NCBI GenBank assembly: GCA_038087875.1
Contig: CM075988.1
Coordinates: 12,650,001 to 12,714,000, forward strand
Direction of reading: 5' to 3'
From: Malacoraja senta
Taxonomy: Eukaryota
Length of the DNA stretch: 64,000 nt
A program made the translations under genes and the position numbers. The notes under the pieces are model-generated. The model did no database searches, was not told the DNA's origin, and was given only the letters and a program-made list of their open reading frames with translations. Below, one piece after another: positions 51,687 through 64,000 of this stretch (positions within the stretch are counted from its first letter, which is position 1; each line of letters starts with the position of its first letter).

Positions 51687-52179
51687 GTTGTCAAGCTACC
51701 CAAGTGGAATGTGATGTGTTGTTCCTCCAGTTTGCATGTACCAGAGAGCACCAGAGGTTAGGAATGAACCTGGGTCATTGGAGAAGTGTGACACAATGCA
51801 GGTTTCCCGCCATGCTGCCCTAACACTACCAGGTTCTGCTTAGGAGCCATTTTGTATGAAAATGCTTACTTAATATCAGTGTGGTGGGAGGACTGGAATC
51901 TGGTGTTAGATCAATGGAAGCGTGTATTTTTATCCCATTAAATGAGCCCTGTTTCAAGAGAGAATAAGCCATTGTGCAAGCTCACTGCACCTCATTCAAA
52001 GGGGCCTCTAAATCTCACTACAACAATTCTTAGCAATCACTTCTGGTATCCATTCCATCTTTCATTGCATTTCTTGAATAATAGTTATAGTGAAAAGGTT
52101 TCAAAACTACACCAGCTCACCTCAATATGAAATCGTCTTTTTGATTCTATCCTCTATCAACAGACAAGTGCATCGAGTA

Positions 52180-52985
52180 AAACACAAATTGCTGCAGTAA
52201 CTCAGGTAGTCAGGCGGCATCTGTGGAGATTGTGATTAGGTGAACTTTTGGTTTGGGACCAGTCTTCTGACATTGCAGTGGGAGAGAAAGCAGGACAAGA
52301 GGTGGGAGCAGAACAAAGTCTGGCAAGTGATAGGTGGATAGAGGTAAGGGGATAGACACAATATGTAACTCAGTAACTCAGCGAGACAGGCAGCATTTCT
52401 GGTTAGAAGGAATGGGTGATGTTTCATGTCGAGCCTTCTTCAGACAGGGGAGTGTCAGGGGAGAGGGAGTCACAGAGATATGGAAGGGCAAGGTGTGAAA
52501 ATGAGACAGCAAAGGGGACGAAGCTCAAGCAAAATGTAGAATAGATCATTGTTAGCTAGGGGGAAAAAGCAACGAAGTAGACAAAGATAAAATTTAATCA
52601 GGAGGACAGTCAGGCTGGTCGGAGAACTAGTATGGGGGAGGGATGGAGAGGGAGGAAAACACCGGTTAGTTCAAGTTAGAGAAGTCAATGTTCATACCAC
52701 TGGTGTGTAAGCTGCCCAAGCGAAATATGAGGTGCTGTTCCTACAATTTGCATTGGGCCTCACTCAGACAGTGGAGGAGGTCCAGGAGAAAAAAGGTCAG
52801 TGTGGGTATGCGAGGGGGAGTTAAAGTGTTAGGGTAATGGGAGTTGTTTGGCATGGGCATTGACTGGACATTTGCTAGAGGTTAAAAGGGGACAAAAGGG
52901 TGTCAGATCAGGAGAGAAGAGGAATGAAATGCAAAGCCAGAGGGAGGGATTTAGGTGGAAGGAGCTGGTGGGTGAGGGGAAAGAG
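52180..52985 (-). mobile_element. Nested or adjacent Penelope-like fragments
   Basis: Terminal-repeat motifs at 52180 and 52352; gtcaatgttcataccac..aagcgaaatatgaggtgctgttcc encodes EQHLIFRLG on the - strand. Confidence 0.78.
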
Positions 52986-54734
52986 GATTGTATGGTGGGA
53001 GAAATGAATGTTGACCTGCCATACATCATTGGTTTGGCAAGCATTTCCCAGTGCAGCACAATTTCGAGCTCGTCAACTATCAATTTGGCAATCGGTGCAC
53101 CAACTCCATCCAAACCTCATCCTCCAACATTTATTGAGAAATTGGAAAAGACGAAGGACAATTTCACCCGCACTGCCATCTATCTGTGGTTGGTGTCCTA
53201 CTTACACCACGTCATATAAAGCGATGTCCTGTACCTCACACAATCTCACTTAGAACCAGCAGGAATCAATTTGCACTTACTGGAGTTGTGGATGTGTGAA
53301 ACTTAAAATTATATGGTGATCCACACTCTCCAGCGAGTGGCTGGCATTGTAACTTGCCACATGCTGATGTGGAGGTCAGTGTGATCTACCTTTCCTTATT
53401 GAGTTTGTATTCCTGCGTGAAAGTACTTGGTAATATGAGATGACTTGTAAATTCTGGAAAAAAATAATCGTTGATTGCAAATCTCATTATATTCCAAAAC
53501 TGCTGCAAATGTGTTGCAAAAGGGCTTCTAAATGGATAACAAAGCAGTGTGCAAGTAGAAAATGTACATCGAGCCTATAATTATCATAATAAGGACATAT
53601 CCTTTAGAGCAAATTACTTACAATGCTATACAATGATAATGACTTTTTGGTAAATTTGATAATAAAACTGCTTATGAATGCACGATGGCCCATTTATGAT
53701 TCGCTGTTGATTGAAAAATTAAATTCACCACTAATAATTGATGAAAATGGCTCCCTTTCCTTCCCAGCTGATTTAACTTTGTAATTTAATAATGTAAACA
53801 TCATTTGTTTTATTATTTGATAAATTGTAATCAGATTTTATCTGCACATTCATTGTTTGAATGGTTGCTTCAATGTGATAAGGTGGTCAAACCCATTCAG
53901 GATTTGAAGAGTTGGCTCTTAACGCTACCACTGGGTACTCATTGCTCGCTGAGCCATTTGTGTCTCTGATGATGCTTTGATTCTTCTGTTCTCTTCTCCC
54001 ATATTCCTTCCTTCTCTCTGGCTGTAAACTAGAGTAAGGGAGTTATGCAGATCAAAACCAGGCACTTCACACCACTCTGCCCACTCTTATACCCATCAAT
54101 CGCAATCCCATATATCCTGGTAAAGGCAAGAGCCTCCCATAGTGAATAGTGCAATTGGACACAAAGGGCTGACATAACTCAATGGGTCAGGCAGCATCCA
54201 TGGAGAACATGGCCGGGTAATGCTTCAAATCTGGACCCTTCTTCAGATTGAGAAAAGCAACTTGTGTTTTGCAAAGCTGCTGTAAATGGCAACCTACGAG
54301 AATTGGTGCAACATTGTGGTGTTAAAATTGGGTGTGGATACGGTTAACAATAGTATAGGTGAGCTTTCTTGAGAAACTATCAGTGATGGATTGCTGGTGT
54401 CAAACTGTCATTGGATACATCCTTTAGAATGAAGATGATCTTAGGTTGTTTCAGGTAAGACATAATTGCATTTTTATGAAAACATGATGCATGTATTTTT
54501 TTGAATATGCCATCATTTCATGAGCTCACAAATACCTGCCACCACACTGCCTCCATCATGCCAGTATAATTGTCACTGCTTGATGGATGCTCAAACTTTA
54601 AGATGTTACAGGAATCAAGGGAGGAGATTGCTGGGTCCAACAGAACCTTTTAAATCTCCGCTGTTCAAAGCAAAGGCATCACATGACTGATGGACTGCAC
54701 ATATGGTTCCCAAATTCAAGAAATACAGCATGTT

Positions 54735-55862
54735 TAGGCCAATAATTATCGACGTGTGTGTCTAACGTCAGTGGTAGGGAAGTTGGTAGGAAGAAAATGA
54801 GGGAAAAGCTTAATCTGTACTTGGAAAGGCAGGGATTACTGAAAACCCGCCAACATGTTTGTTACATGAATATTCAGTCTGACTAAGTTGATTCATTTTT
54901 CTGAAGAGTTTACAATATATTGATGATGAGGGCAGCACAGTTGTTGGCATCTACTTGGACTTCAGTCAGCTCTTTAAAAAGTTCCCACAGGGGATCAGTG
55001 CTGAAACCCAGTTTGTTCCATAAAATGATTATTTGCAAATTAATGTTCAGTGGTATCATTAGTAAGTTTGCAGAAAATTCAAATATGTTGTTGATAGTGA
55101 GCAGAATATTTGTAAACTATTGATTGGTTGGTAAAATGGGCAGAGCATTGGCAGATAGAATTTAATCCTGATAATTTATAAGTAGAAGGCAGTCTGGGAG
55201 GACCAATAAGGCGAAGAGGTGCCAGGGTAGAACATGGTCATAGGAAATACTGAGGAGAAAAGATAAGTTGGTGTACAAGTCTAAGGCACCTTGAGGTGGC
55301 AGCAAAGATAGATAGTGACAAAGTCATATGGGCATTACTCAGGAGAAGAAATATAATTGCAGGGAGGACTTGATACAACTTTATAAAATATTGGATAGGC
55401 CATAGCTGGAACATTTTGCTTATTGCTCATTCCCACACTATAGGAAGAGCAGAAATGCACTGGAGATGGTGAAGGGGATATTCACTGGGATGTTGGCAGA
55501 GTGTTTCAGGTGAGAGGAAGGACTGGGTAAGCTGGAGCATTTGCTTTGGAACAGAGAAAGCTGTGATGGGACGATAGAGGTATACACATGTTTACGGGAC
55601 CTGGGTAAGGAACCACGGCAGAGGTACCCAAAACAAGAGACCACATGTTTAGGATAAGGACCAGAGTGAATCTGAGGAAGAACTTTATTACCGAATCTGG
55701 AATACTCTGCCTGAGTGGATGACCCTAGCCAGGAACTTTCACAAATTTAGTGAGTATAATAAGTATATAGGGAAGCAATTGACTTACTAATGGATACAAA
55801 GCTAAAGACCAAGAGCTGGTAAATGGGACAGATAAGGACTTGATAGTTGGCATAGGCATCAT
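54735..55862 (+). mobile_element. Degenerate CR1 ORF2 (RT to 3' end)
   Basis: IYLDFS, VPQGSVL, ISKFAEN, WAEHWQIEFNPD motifs in shifting frames. Confidence 0.75.
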
Positions 55863-56634
55863 AGATTGAAGAGTGCAGGAAAGAACTGCAGATGCTGGTT
55901 TTAATCGATGGTAGCCACAAAATGCAGGACAGTCAGCATCTCTGGAGAGAAGGAATGGGTGACGTTTCGGGTCAAGACCCTTCTGAAGTGCCTGGTTTGC
56001 TGCTCTGTGATTCTACAGTGACATTAATTTAAGTTTAATTAGGTATCGGGTGACAAGCTGATTTGATAATCACAATTGTTATATAGACAAACAAAATAAG
56101 CTCTATGCGGTGCAGGATTCTCTGAGAATGAACATTTTATTCTTTGAGGTAAAGAGCCAGTTTCAGGGCTATAGACTTGCAACAGCCTTGTAGAAAGGAA
56201 GACGTGAAGTGGAAAAAGACTGAGGTAGCAGGAGGGCTGTGGAGGTTAAGCATACCGAACCTCTGGCATATTTTTCTCAGATCTGACTTTTCAACATCAA
56301 ATAAAATGTACAAATGGTTTTTAAAGAATGCTGCATTCTGTAAAATTGTATCCAGTTTCACATTTAGATGTTAAGAGCGAAAAGGGCATTACATTAACGG
56401 ATGCCGAATTTTTCAAAAGCCAATTGTAATTGGCATTTGATGTTAAAAAGTCAGCTCTGGGGAATATCTGTCAGAGTTTCTGATCACTTCCCCTTCACAG
56501 CCTTTATTCACTTCTGCCACTTCAGTAGTTTTCTATTAAGCATCTTGTTTTAGCCAAATAAAACAGTACCAAGATGCTACAAAAGATCTGTGGAGATTTA
56601 CCACAGCGAATATGAAAAGGGGATGATGAAAAGA

Positions 56635-57118
56635 AATTGCAGAGAATTGTGGACGCATCCCAGACCATCACGCAAACCAACAGCCCTTCCATTGACTTGA
56701 TCTACACTTCATGCTGCCTCGGCAAGGCCACCAGCATGGTCATGGACAAGTCTCACCCCAGACACTCCCTCTTCACTATTCTCCCATCAGGCAAAAAGTA
56801 CAGATGTGCGAAAACACATACCTTCGGATTCAGGGACAGCTTCTTCCCAACTATTATCAGATAACTGAATCATCATATCACCAACTATAGTGCAGTCCTG
56901 AACAATCATCTCCCTCATTGGAGACCCTCGGGCTATCTTTAATCGGACTTTGCGGGACTTTATCTTGCACTGATTGTTATTGTCATTTCATGTATCTGTA
57001 TACTTTGTGGACGGCTCGATTGTAGTCATGTATAGTATTTCCACTGGCTGGATAGCACGCAACACAAGAAAACTTTTCACTGTACCTTGGTACATGTGAC
57101 AATAAACCAAACTAAACA
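56635..57118 (+). mobile_element. Rex1/Babar LINE 3' fragment
   Basis: LQRIVDASQTITQTNSPSID..LPSGKKYR..FRDSFFP; gtgacaataaa + (ACTAA)-like tail. Confidence 0.85.
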
Positions 57119-59133
57119 AAAAAAACTCCTTAGTCCTGACATCAATTATAGTAGTTAATAGTCTTCTCAGTTTTATCAAGCATGAGCCAATGAACAAATA
57201 AAGACCTTGATTTAAGATGTGGCTTTCATGAGCTCAGAACATTGTACGTATTGGATCATAACCTAGGAAGTACTTTTCAAATGTATTTACTGTGGTAGTG
57301 CAAGCAAATTTATATTGGACAATTTAAAAAATGTAAATTTTTAAATATGATTTTGAGATCAAATCTGGAAACTATTCAAAACCAGGGAAATTATTTTTCC
57401 TTTTACTTTTTGAAATTTGTCAACTTTACCTTTACTCTTATACCAAGAGTAAGCATAAATTCTCCAGAGTAATTTTTAATGTTGTTTGTAAGAAACGATT
57501 GAATAGATTGGTCATGTGCCATCTGAAGTTTAGAAAAGTGAGTTTATTTCAGTGAAAGGCCCGAGATGTCCTGCTGGAGTCAGGTATGGATGCAAAACAT
57601 CTATTTCCCAGGAATAGTGATGTTCTCTTCTATACCTAATAAACATAAGAAGAATGCTTGGAACAAGATCACGGCTTAAGGACAGTCTTCATCAACCTGA
57701 ATAAATGGGTTTGTGCTTGAGAAACTGTGGAAGGTGATGGAGAAATATGGTTGTCCCTCAAATGTCATCACTTCTGAGGATTTTGCAAAATCACATGACT
57801 GATAGTGTTCTCCACATTGATTTGGAGATGATTCATTCATCAACTGAACTTGGGTGGAGTGAGAGTACTCTGGCAATCAATGTTAGTCCACCTTACCAGT
57901 GGTCAGCTTACTCTGTGTCAAAGGATGCTCTTTAGCTGAAATTATTATTAGGTACATGAAGGTATTGAGGACTGCAATCGTGTTTCTATCGCTTTCTAAA
58001 CCCCCGTTTCCACTGTTTTTCAAACTGACCTCAAGTGTTAATTACTATTTCATGCTTGCAGTAACCTTGAATCTATGCAAGCTCCTGACCAAAGCCTTGC
58101 ACAATTTGTTATGCAATTATACAAATTGTTGGGGGGCAACTCCGTGAGTCAGGCAGCAGGATCTGGGGGTGGTTTCAAGTTGGGGGAGAAAGCTGCAAAA
58201 GAGAGGTGGGGTTGGGATAAATGTTGGCGAGTGATGGGTGGATACAGGTTGGGGGTGTTGGAGTTTGATTGTCAGATTATGAAGTTAGCGACAAAGGCTA
58301 GAGATGAAAAGGAGACAAAAAGGTATCAGGTGAGGAGAGGAGTGAAATGTAAAGCTGGAGGGAGGATAGTGGGTGGGGCAGCGGGAATAGGAAAGAGGGG
58401 AAATAGTGAAACAGGGGACTCAAGGGATATACAAAGGAGGAGAAAGGTCAGGGAATGGGAAATGGTTCAACCCGTCATTCAATATGATGAAGACCAAAAG
58501 TGCCAGTCTGCCTTGAAGAGAAATTCTTTGTTCTGGAAGATCAAAAGAGAACATTTTGAAAGCCATATACAAACCAGACAGTTAGCAGCAAGTTCTTTGA
58601 ATGGATCTGGGGTGTCAGCATTGATTTATGGATCCATCTCAGGAGGCAATGGGGAACTATTGCAGATATCATCCTCAGATCAAAAGATTACCAGCAGAGG
58701 GTTGTCAGGAAGAATCACACAACCTGAGAACAGTTTTCTTATTTTCTATGTACATTCTAAATAGTTGCTTGATTATTATGCAGATCATGCACACACATTC
58801 CAATTGAGTGGTAATTTGTTTCCAGCTTGCTGGCTTTCTCCATTTAAAAAAATATGTTTTTAATCACACCTCCTCACTAACTAGAAATGTATACATTTAT
58901 TAATAACAGATTTATGGTTTAGAGTGCACAAATCACAAGGGAAATCTTCCCTCTGTTTCATATTAATATATATTTCCTTTTGCAAATTTTGTTTGTACAT
59001 TTTTGATAACCAAATATAAGTTTGATAACCATTTGGTCCATCAGATCCACTCTGCCGTACAATCATGGCTGACCTATCTTTCCCTCTCCATCCCATTCTC
59101 CTGCCTTTTCCCCCATAACCCTTGACACCCATA

Positions 59134-59345
59134 AGGGCCTGTCCCACTTGGGCGTCATTTGCGCGTAATTTACGCGTCATCATTTACGCATCACAACGCA
59201 CGACGCACGCGTTGTGCCGCGCATTACGCACGCATGGTGCGTGGTGACATAGGCAGAAACGCGCGGTCCCAGGATTTTGGGTTGTACAAAATCTTTGCGC
59301 GCCATCTGCGTGATGCGCAAATGACGCCCAAGTGGGACAGGCCCT
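59134..59345. mobile_element. PIF/Harbinger MITE (212 bp) inserted in a CR1 fragment (~59020-59365, - strand)
   Basis: 31-bp TIR AGGGCCTGTCCCACTTGGGCGTCATTTGCGC; flanks ATA / TTA. Confidence 0.9.
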
Positions 59346-59420
59346 TTACCAATAAAGAATCTGTATTTTACTCAAAAATCTTACTGTTTGACAACCAAAA
59401 TTTTGGATTTTTACAATACA

Positions 59421-61037
59421 GTATCAACCCACGCAAAGCTGCATGGCCGGACAACATTCCTGGATGCGTTTTAAGAGACTGCGCCGAGCAACTGAAAGAT
59501 GTCTTCACAGACATTTTTAACATCTCACTCAGCCAGGCAGTAGTGCCCAACTGTCTTAAGAGTGCCACCATCGTCCCTGTCCCGAAGAAACCAAACCCAG
59601 CCTGCCATAATGACTTTCGACCAGTGGCTCTAACACCCATAGTAATGAAGTGTTTTGAGCGACTGGTTATGCAGCATATCAAAAATAGTCTACCTGCCGA
59701 CCTAGACCCACTGCAGTTCGCCTACAGAGCCAACCGATCCACAGAGGACGCAGTCTCAACAACACTGAACCTCGTACTGTCACACCTTGATCGGAAAAAT
59801 ACTTATGCCAGGATCCTCTTCATAGACTTCAGCTCTGCTTTTAATACAATCATTCCGCAGCAGTTGGTGGAGAAGTTGGAGCTATTGGGGGTTGATGCTG
59901 GCACATGTAACTGGGTCCTGAACTTTCTATCGCAACGGCAGCAGACAGTCAGGGTGGGCAGTAGGACATCAAAAACCATAGCCGTGAGCACTGGCTCGCC
60001 CCAAGGCTGTGTCCTAAGCCCCCTGCTGTTTAGTCTGCTAACACACGACTGTACTGCTAGACTCAACAACAACTTCATCAACAAGTTCGCTGATGACACA
60101 ACAGTGGTGGGTCTCATCAGTGACAATGATGAGTCGGCATACAGGATGGAGGTGGAGCTGCTCACAGGATGGTGCAAATCCCACAACCTCATTCTCAACG
60201 TGGGAAAAACTAAGGAGATGGTGGTTGACTTCAGGAGGGCGGGAAAACAACACCATACACCTCTGCACATCAATGGAGCTGATGTGGAAAGGGTCAACAG
60301 CGTGAAGTTCCTAGGACTCCACCTGTCAGATGACCTGACGTCCACGACCAACACCACAGCACTGGTCAAGAGAGCCCAGCAGCGACTACACCCTCTCCGA
60401 AGACTACGTAAAGCAGGTCTCCCCACTACACACCTACGAACTTTTTATAGGGGGACAATCGAGAGCACATTAACCTACGGCATCACTTCCTGGTTCGGGA
60501 GCTGCAAGGCGTACGAACGTCACCAACTAGACAGGATTGTGAAGACCGCCAGCAGGATTATTGGTGCTCCACTCCCTTTCCTACTGGACATATACAGGAA
60601 GAGATGTATCAGCAGAGCCATCTCCATCATCAAAGACCCCTACCACCCATCGCATCACATATTCTCCATCCTGCCATCTGGGAAGAGGTACCGGAGCATT
60701 AGGTGCAAAACCAGCAGGATGCTCCTCAGCTTCTTCCCGCAGGTTATAAGACTGATAAACGGACTTTGTCCCCTGCCAAAGTATCGTGCACCAACCACCA
60801 ACCTGGACACACTGCAGCAGAGCCACTGTCGTGCCGCTGCCGATCGGAACGCCTGTTGATGTTTAGTAGAGTAGAGTGTTAATTTGTTCATGATATATGT
60901 ATTTTTACTTCTATTTATTTTTTACTGCACACACTGAAATGGACACTGGTTGAGGAACGTTTTTTTGTTTCCTCTGGGTATGCGAATACTCAGGAAATGA
61001 CAATAAAGATATACAATACAATACAATACAATACAAT
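59421..61037 (+). mobile_element. Young 5'-truncated Rex1/Babar LINE with uninterrupted RT
   Basis: [56 protein letters not shown]; ~480 codons without a stop; AATAAA + (TACAA)n tail; no APE domain. Confidence 0.96.
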
Positions 61038-61639
61038 ATATGTATTTTCAATGAACAGAAGATTCAAACACATTTGTCCTGCATTTTCTTTCTGATCAGT
61101 CTCACATCTTTTTTTTTTGCTATTCGTTGCCTGAGCTTTGATTATGATATTTTTCACCCACAATTCAAAGGATATGAAGCTTCTAAGTACCACAAGCAAA
61201 GAGATGACCTTGTACTTCAGTACCAGTTGGATTTCAGTGTTAATTTTAACCATTCTCTGAGCACATTTTCAATAAGTTTTTTTAATGTTAAGTCATTGGC
61301 TTTCCTATTGTGTTTATTGAAAACCACAGTGTTTAAATGTAATGCCGCATAGCACCCACCGCATTAGAGAAAATAATAGTTTTATTGAAATGATACCAGA
61401 TATGAGAGACTTCAGTAACTTGATTGGAAAAACTGAGAGTGTTCACCTTGAAGCAGAATTTGTTAAAGGAGGATTTAATTGGAAAGTTCAAAACTGAGGA
61501 GCATTTTAATAGTTTACATGATGAAAAAGCTGTTTTCATTGGCATTGATAACCTGGGAATGCAAGTTGAGGTAATTGGCTAAACGCCTTGAGGGAAACTG
61601 CAGAGTTATATTCCCCATATAAATTTGATTGAGTCAGAA

Positions 61640-61922
61640 TTTATAGAGCTATGATGCCTGGTGACAGGCCCTTCGGCCCAACTCGTATCTATTGACCAAG
61701 TCTCCTAACTAAGCCTGTCCCACTTGCCTGCATCTGGTCCATCTCCCTCCAAACCTTTCTTATCCATATACTTTGTCTTTTAAATGTCATAATTGTAGCT
61801 GCCACTACCACTTCGTCTGGCAGCTTGTTACATATATGTACCACCATCTTTGTGAAAAATATTGACACTTGGATTATTTTAAAATCTTTCTTCTCTCACC
61901 TTAAAACAATGCCCTATCGTTT
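61640..61922 (-). mobile_element. CR1 3' fragment
   Basis: acaggcccttcggccca..tcccacttgcctgca..aaacctttcttatccat. Confidence 0.75.
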
Positions 61923-62749
61923 AGGAATTTTTGCATGTTTTATTTTGTCTATATTTTTTCCTGAGTAAAGTTTTTTTTAAATTAAAAAATCACATTACCT
62001 CACTGCTTGATAAATGGCAGTTGTAGAATTAGAAGTACCTTGAAGATTATATTATAAAGGGGAAAATATGCAGGGAAACTGGGTAAGAATATGACAGTGG
62101 GAGTATTTCATTAGCTTCTTCAAGGAATATGAGCAAGATGCGCAAATAGCTATTTTTACACTGAGTTTTCATTATTCAATGATAAAGGGGGAATTGTATA
62201 CATAGTTGTCATTCTTTCTTTAGATCAAAAAGCAATTCTTTCAGAAAGGTTTAAGGTCATCAAGTATTTTTCTTTCTATTGCTTTTAATTGGATGCTAAT
62301 TGCCATCACCAGAGAGTTTTTTTAAATTCTACTTGGGAGTTGCTTCTAATTATGGCTTCATCACCTGTTTCACGAGTCTCTTTGAAAGCACCTTTTAAAA
62401 AATGCTGTGTAACTCAATGTTTGTTTGTTTTACTCAACTTTGGAAAATTAAGTTAACTGTTACAAACTAGTTGGATAGAAAATGGTACCACATAAATGTT
62501 GATAGTCTGGACTCAAGTTATCCTAATGAGTGTTCGGTGGATTGCTAATCCCAAATGCTGTTTGGTAGGGTGGGAGGATTAGTGAACAATTTCTTATCTC
62601 GCATGTCTCATGTGACAAAATAGTTTTAATGTTAATAATATGGCAACAGGGTGTACGTGGACCAAAAAGAGAAAGGCCCAAATATTTTCGTAAGGCATCT
62701 TTTCCCAATAAATTCTGGAACATTGTTCAAAGGAGATGTGTGCTGCTAC

Positions 62750-63058
62750 TTATTTAACAGAGGGTGGTGAGTGCCGAGATCGCGCTGCCAGGGTTGGTTT
62801 AAGTGACTTTGGAATAGGCGTATGGGGATGCCGGGAAGGGAGTGATGTAGATTATGCAGGTAGATCAGAGATGGGGCAGATGTGGCAAAATTTGAAGAAG
62901 GGTTCCGACCTGATTTGTCACCTACTTATTTTCTCCAGAGATGCTATCTGACCCACTGACTTACTCCAGCATTTTGTGTCTATTCCCGATAGTCTTGGCT
63001 TCATGTTTGCAATAGACATTGTGGGCCGGAGGACCTATTCTTGTGCTGTAATGTTCCT
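62750..63058 (+). mobile_element. CR1 3' remnant interrupted by a Penelope terminal repeat (~62890-62985)
   Basis: acagagggtggtgagtgc..gggccggaggacct..tgtgctgta; gaagaagggttccgacc..ttactccagcattttgtgtc. Confidence 0.65.
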
Positions 63059-63747
63059 TTTCACTGCCTGATAAGATGGCAGTTGCAGAATTAGAAGTAA
63101 TTTCTAAGTTTAAAAGTTAGAAGTTCTAAGATATTTGAACTTCTAGATATTATTATTGCACATCAATAATGTTCTCATATTTGTGAGTGATTTTGCTTGT
63201 TTTACTCTTTAGTTTTGCATTTGTTTGACTGAGTTGCCATTGCATGGATGCAAGTACTGGCATGTTGTTGATGTTGGATTTTGCATGGTTCCAACAAACC
63301 CTTATTTGCAATTAATTACAAAGGTTTTTAATGAATCAAAAAACATGCCAACTATTTTTTTTCTATCAGCTCTGCTTGAATTTACAAAGTAATGAGCAAA
63401 TGGGATAGAAAAAAACCTTTGGATTTTAGGAGCTTCAGTAATAGGTTTACGTAGTATTAACATTTACAGAGTGTGTCATCCTAATCGTCACCCAGCCATA
63501 TAATCAATGAGCCAGAAATGCGGGTCGTTTTTGCATTTGAGTTTGGATTATGTCAGTGCTGCTTTAATGGATACAAAATAAATGTTTTTAATCTCCATGT
63601 AGTCAAGTGAGTCAATAAAACACTTAATCTGTACCAATATTATAAAAAGCCAAAATCATTTTTATATAGTTACCTCTTTTTTTTCCATGGCCTGACCCTT
63701 AAAACAAATATTTTTTAGTAGTAAATGATACAATTTTCTTTTCAGTC

Positions 63748-64000
63748 TTATAGAGTCATTGACGATAAGTGTCAGACAGCATGGAAACAGGCCCTTTTGA
63801 CCAACGTTCATCTTATATGAGTAGAATTGGGCCATTCAGCTCATCGAGTCTACACCACCAATCAATCATGGCTGATCTATCCTTCCCTCTCAACCCCATT
63901 CTTCTGCGTTCTCCCCATAACCTTTTACACCTTTACTAATCAAGAAGTCTACGCCGACCAAGATGTCCCCCCCAAGCTAGTCCCATTTGTCATATCCCTC
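63748..64000 (-). mobile_element. CR1 3' fragments (nested)
   Basis: acagcatggaaacaggccc..; catggctgatctatc..aaccccattct. Confidence 0.7.

Larger units (their letters stand above)
49902..51746 (-). mobile_element. Penelope-like fragment, itself interrupted by a LINE
   Basis: 11-bp TSD agcaccagagg at 49891-49901 and 51747-51757; gaattcaatgttcataccattgggttgt|caagctaccc continuity. Confidence 0.8.
49720..51822 (-). mobile_element. HE1-like SINE split by nested insertions
   Basis: Halves at ~49720-49901 and 51747-51822 rejoin across TSD agcaccagagg. Confidence 0.75.

Noticed and set aside
58075..58764. 229-aa ORF
   Set aside because: Runs across the purine-rich antisense strand of a Penelope remnant; no protein family signature.
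59368..60426. Antisense ORFs of 104 and 207 aa
   Set aside because: Shadows of the Rex1 RT frame.

Overview
Eukaryotic (vertebrate), AT-rich and transposon-dense DNA with one 200-N assembly gap (21649-21848). The repeat set (HE1-like tRNA/V-SINEs, CR1, Rex1/Babar, RTE, L1/Tx1, Penelope, hAT, PIF/Harbinger MITEs, Helitrons) points to a cartilaginous fish, most likely a skate or ray; this is inference. The only plausible host gene signal is a minus-strand exon at 123-412 carrying a 5'UTR and the first 35 codons of an unidentified protein, so the rest is probably intron or upstream sequence. Every long ORF is transposon-derived. Most notable: (1) a 33-39 bp inverted copy of the exon fused to the 5' junction of a retroelement 1.3 kb away, predicting an exon-intron dsRNA; (2) many Penelope remnants with hammerhead-ribozyme cores, several inserted as palindromes with 13-15 bp TSDs; (3) a composite hAT element with two different dimerisation domains; (4) a Harbinger MITE enclosing 1.4 kb of older genomic DNA; (5) a set of non-autonomous retroelements sharing a 3' stem; (6) a four-layer nested insertion; (7) tandem non-autonomous Helitrons. 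Family names come from motif recognition only; no searches were run and boundaries without TSDs are approximate.
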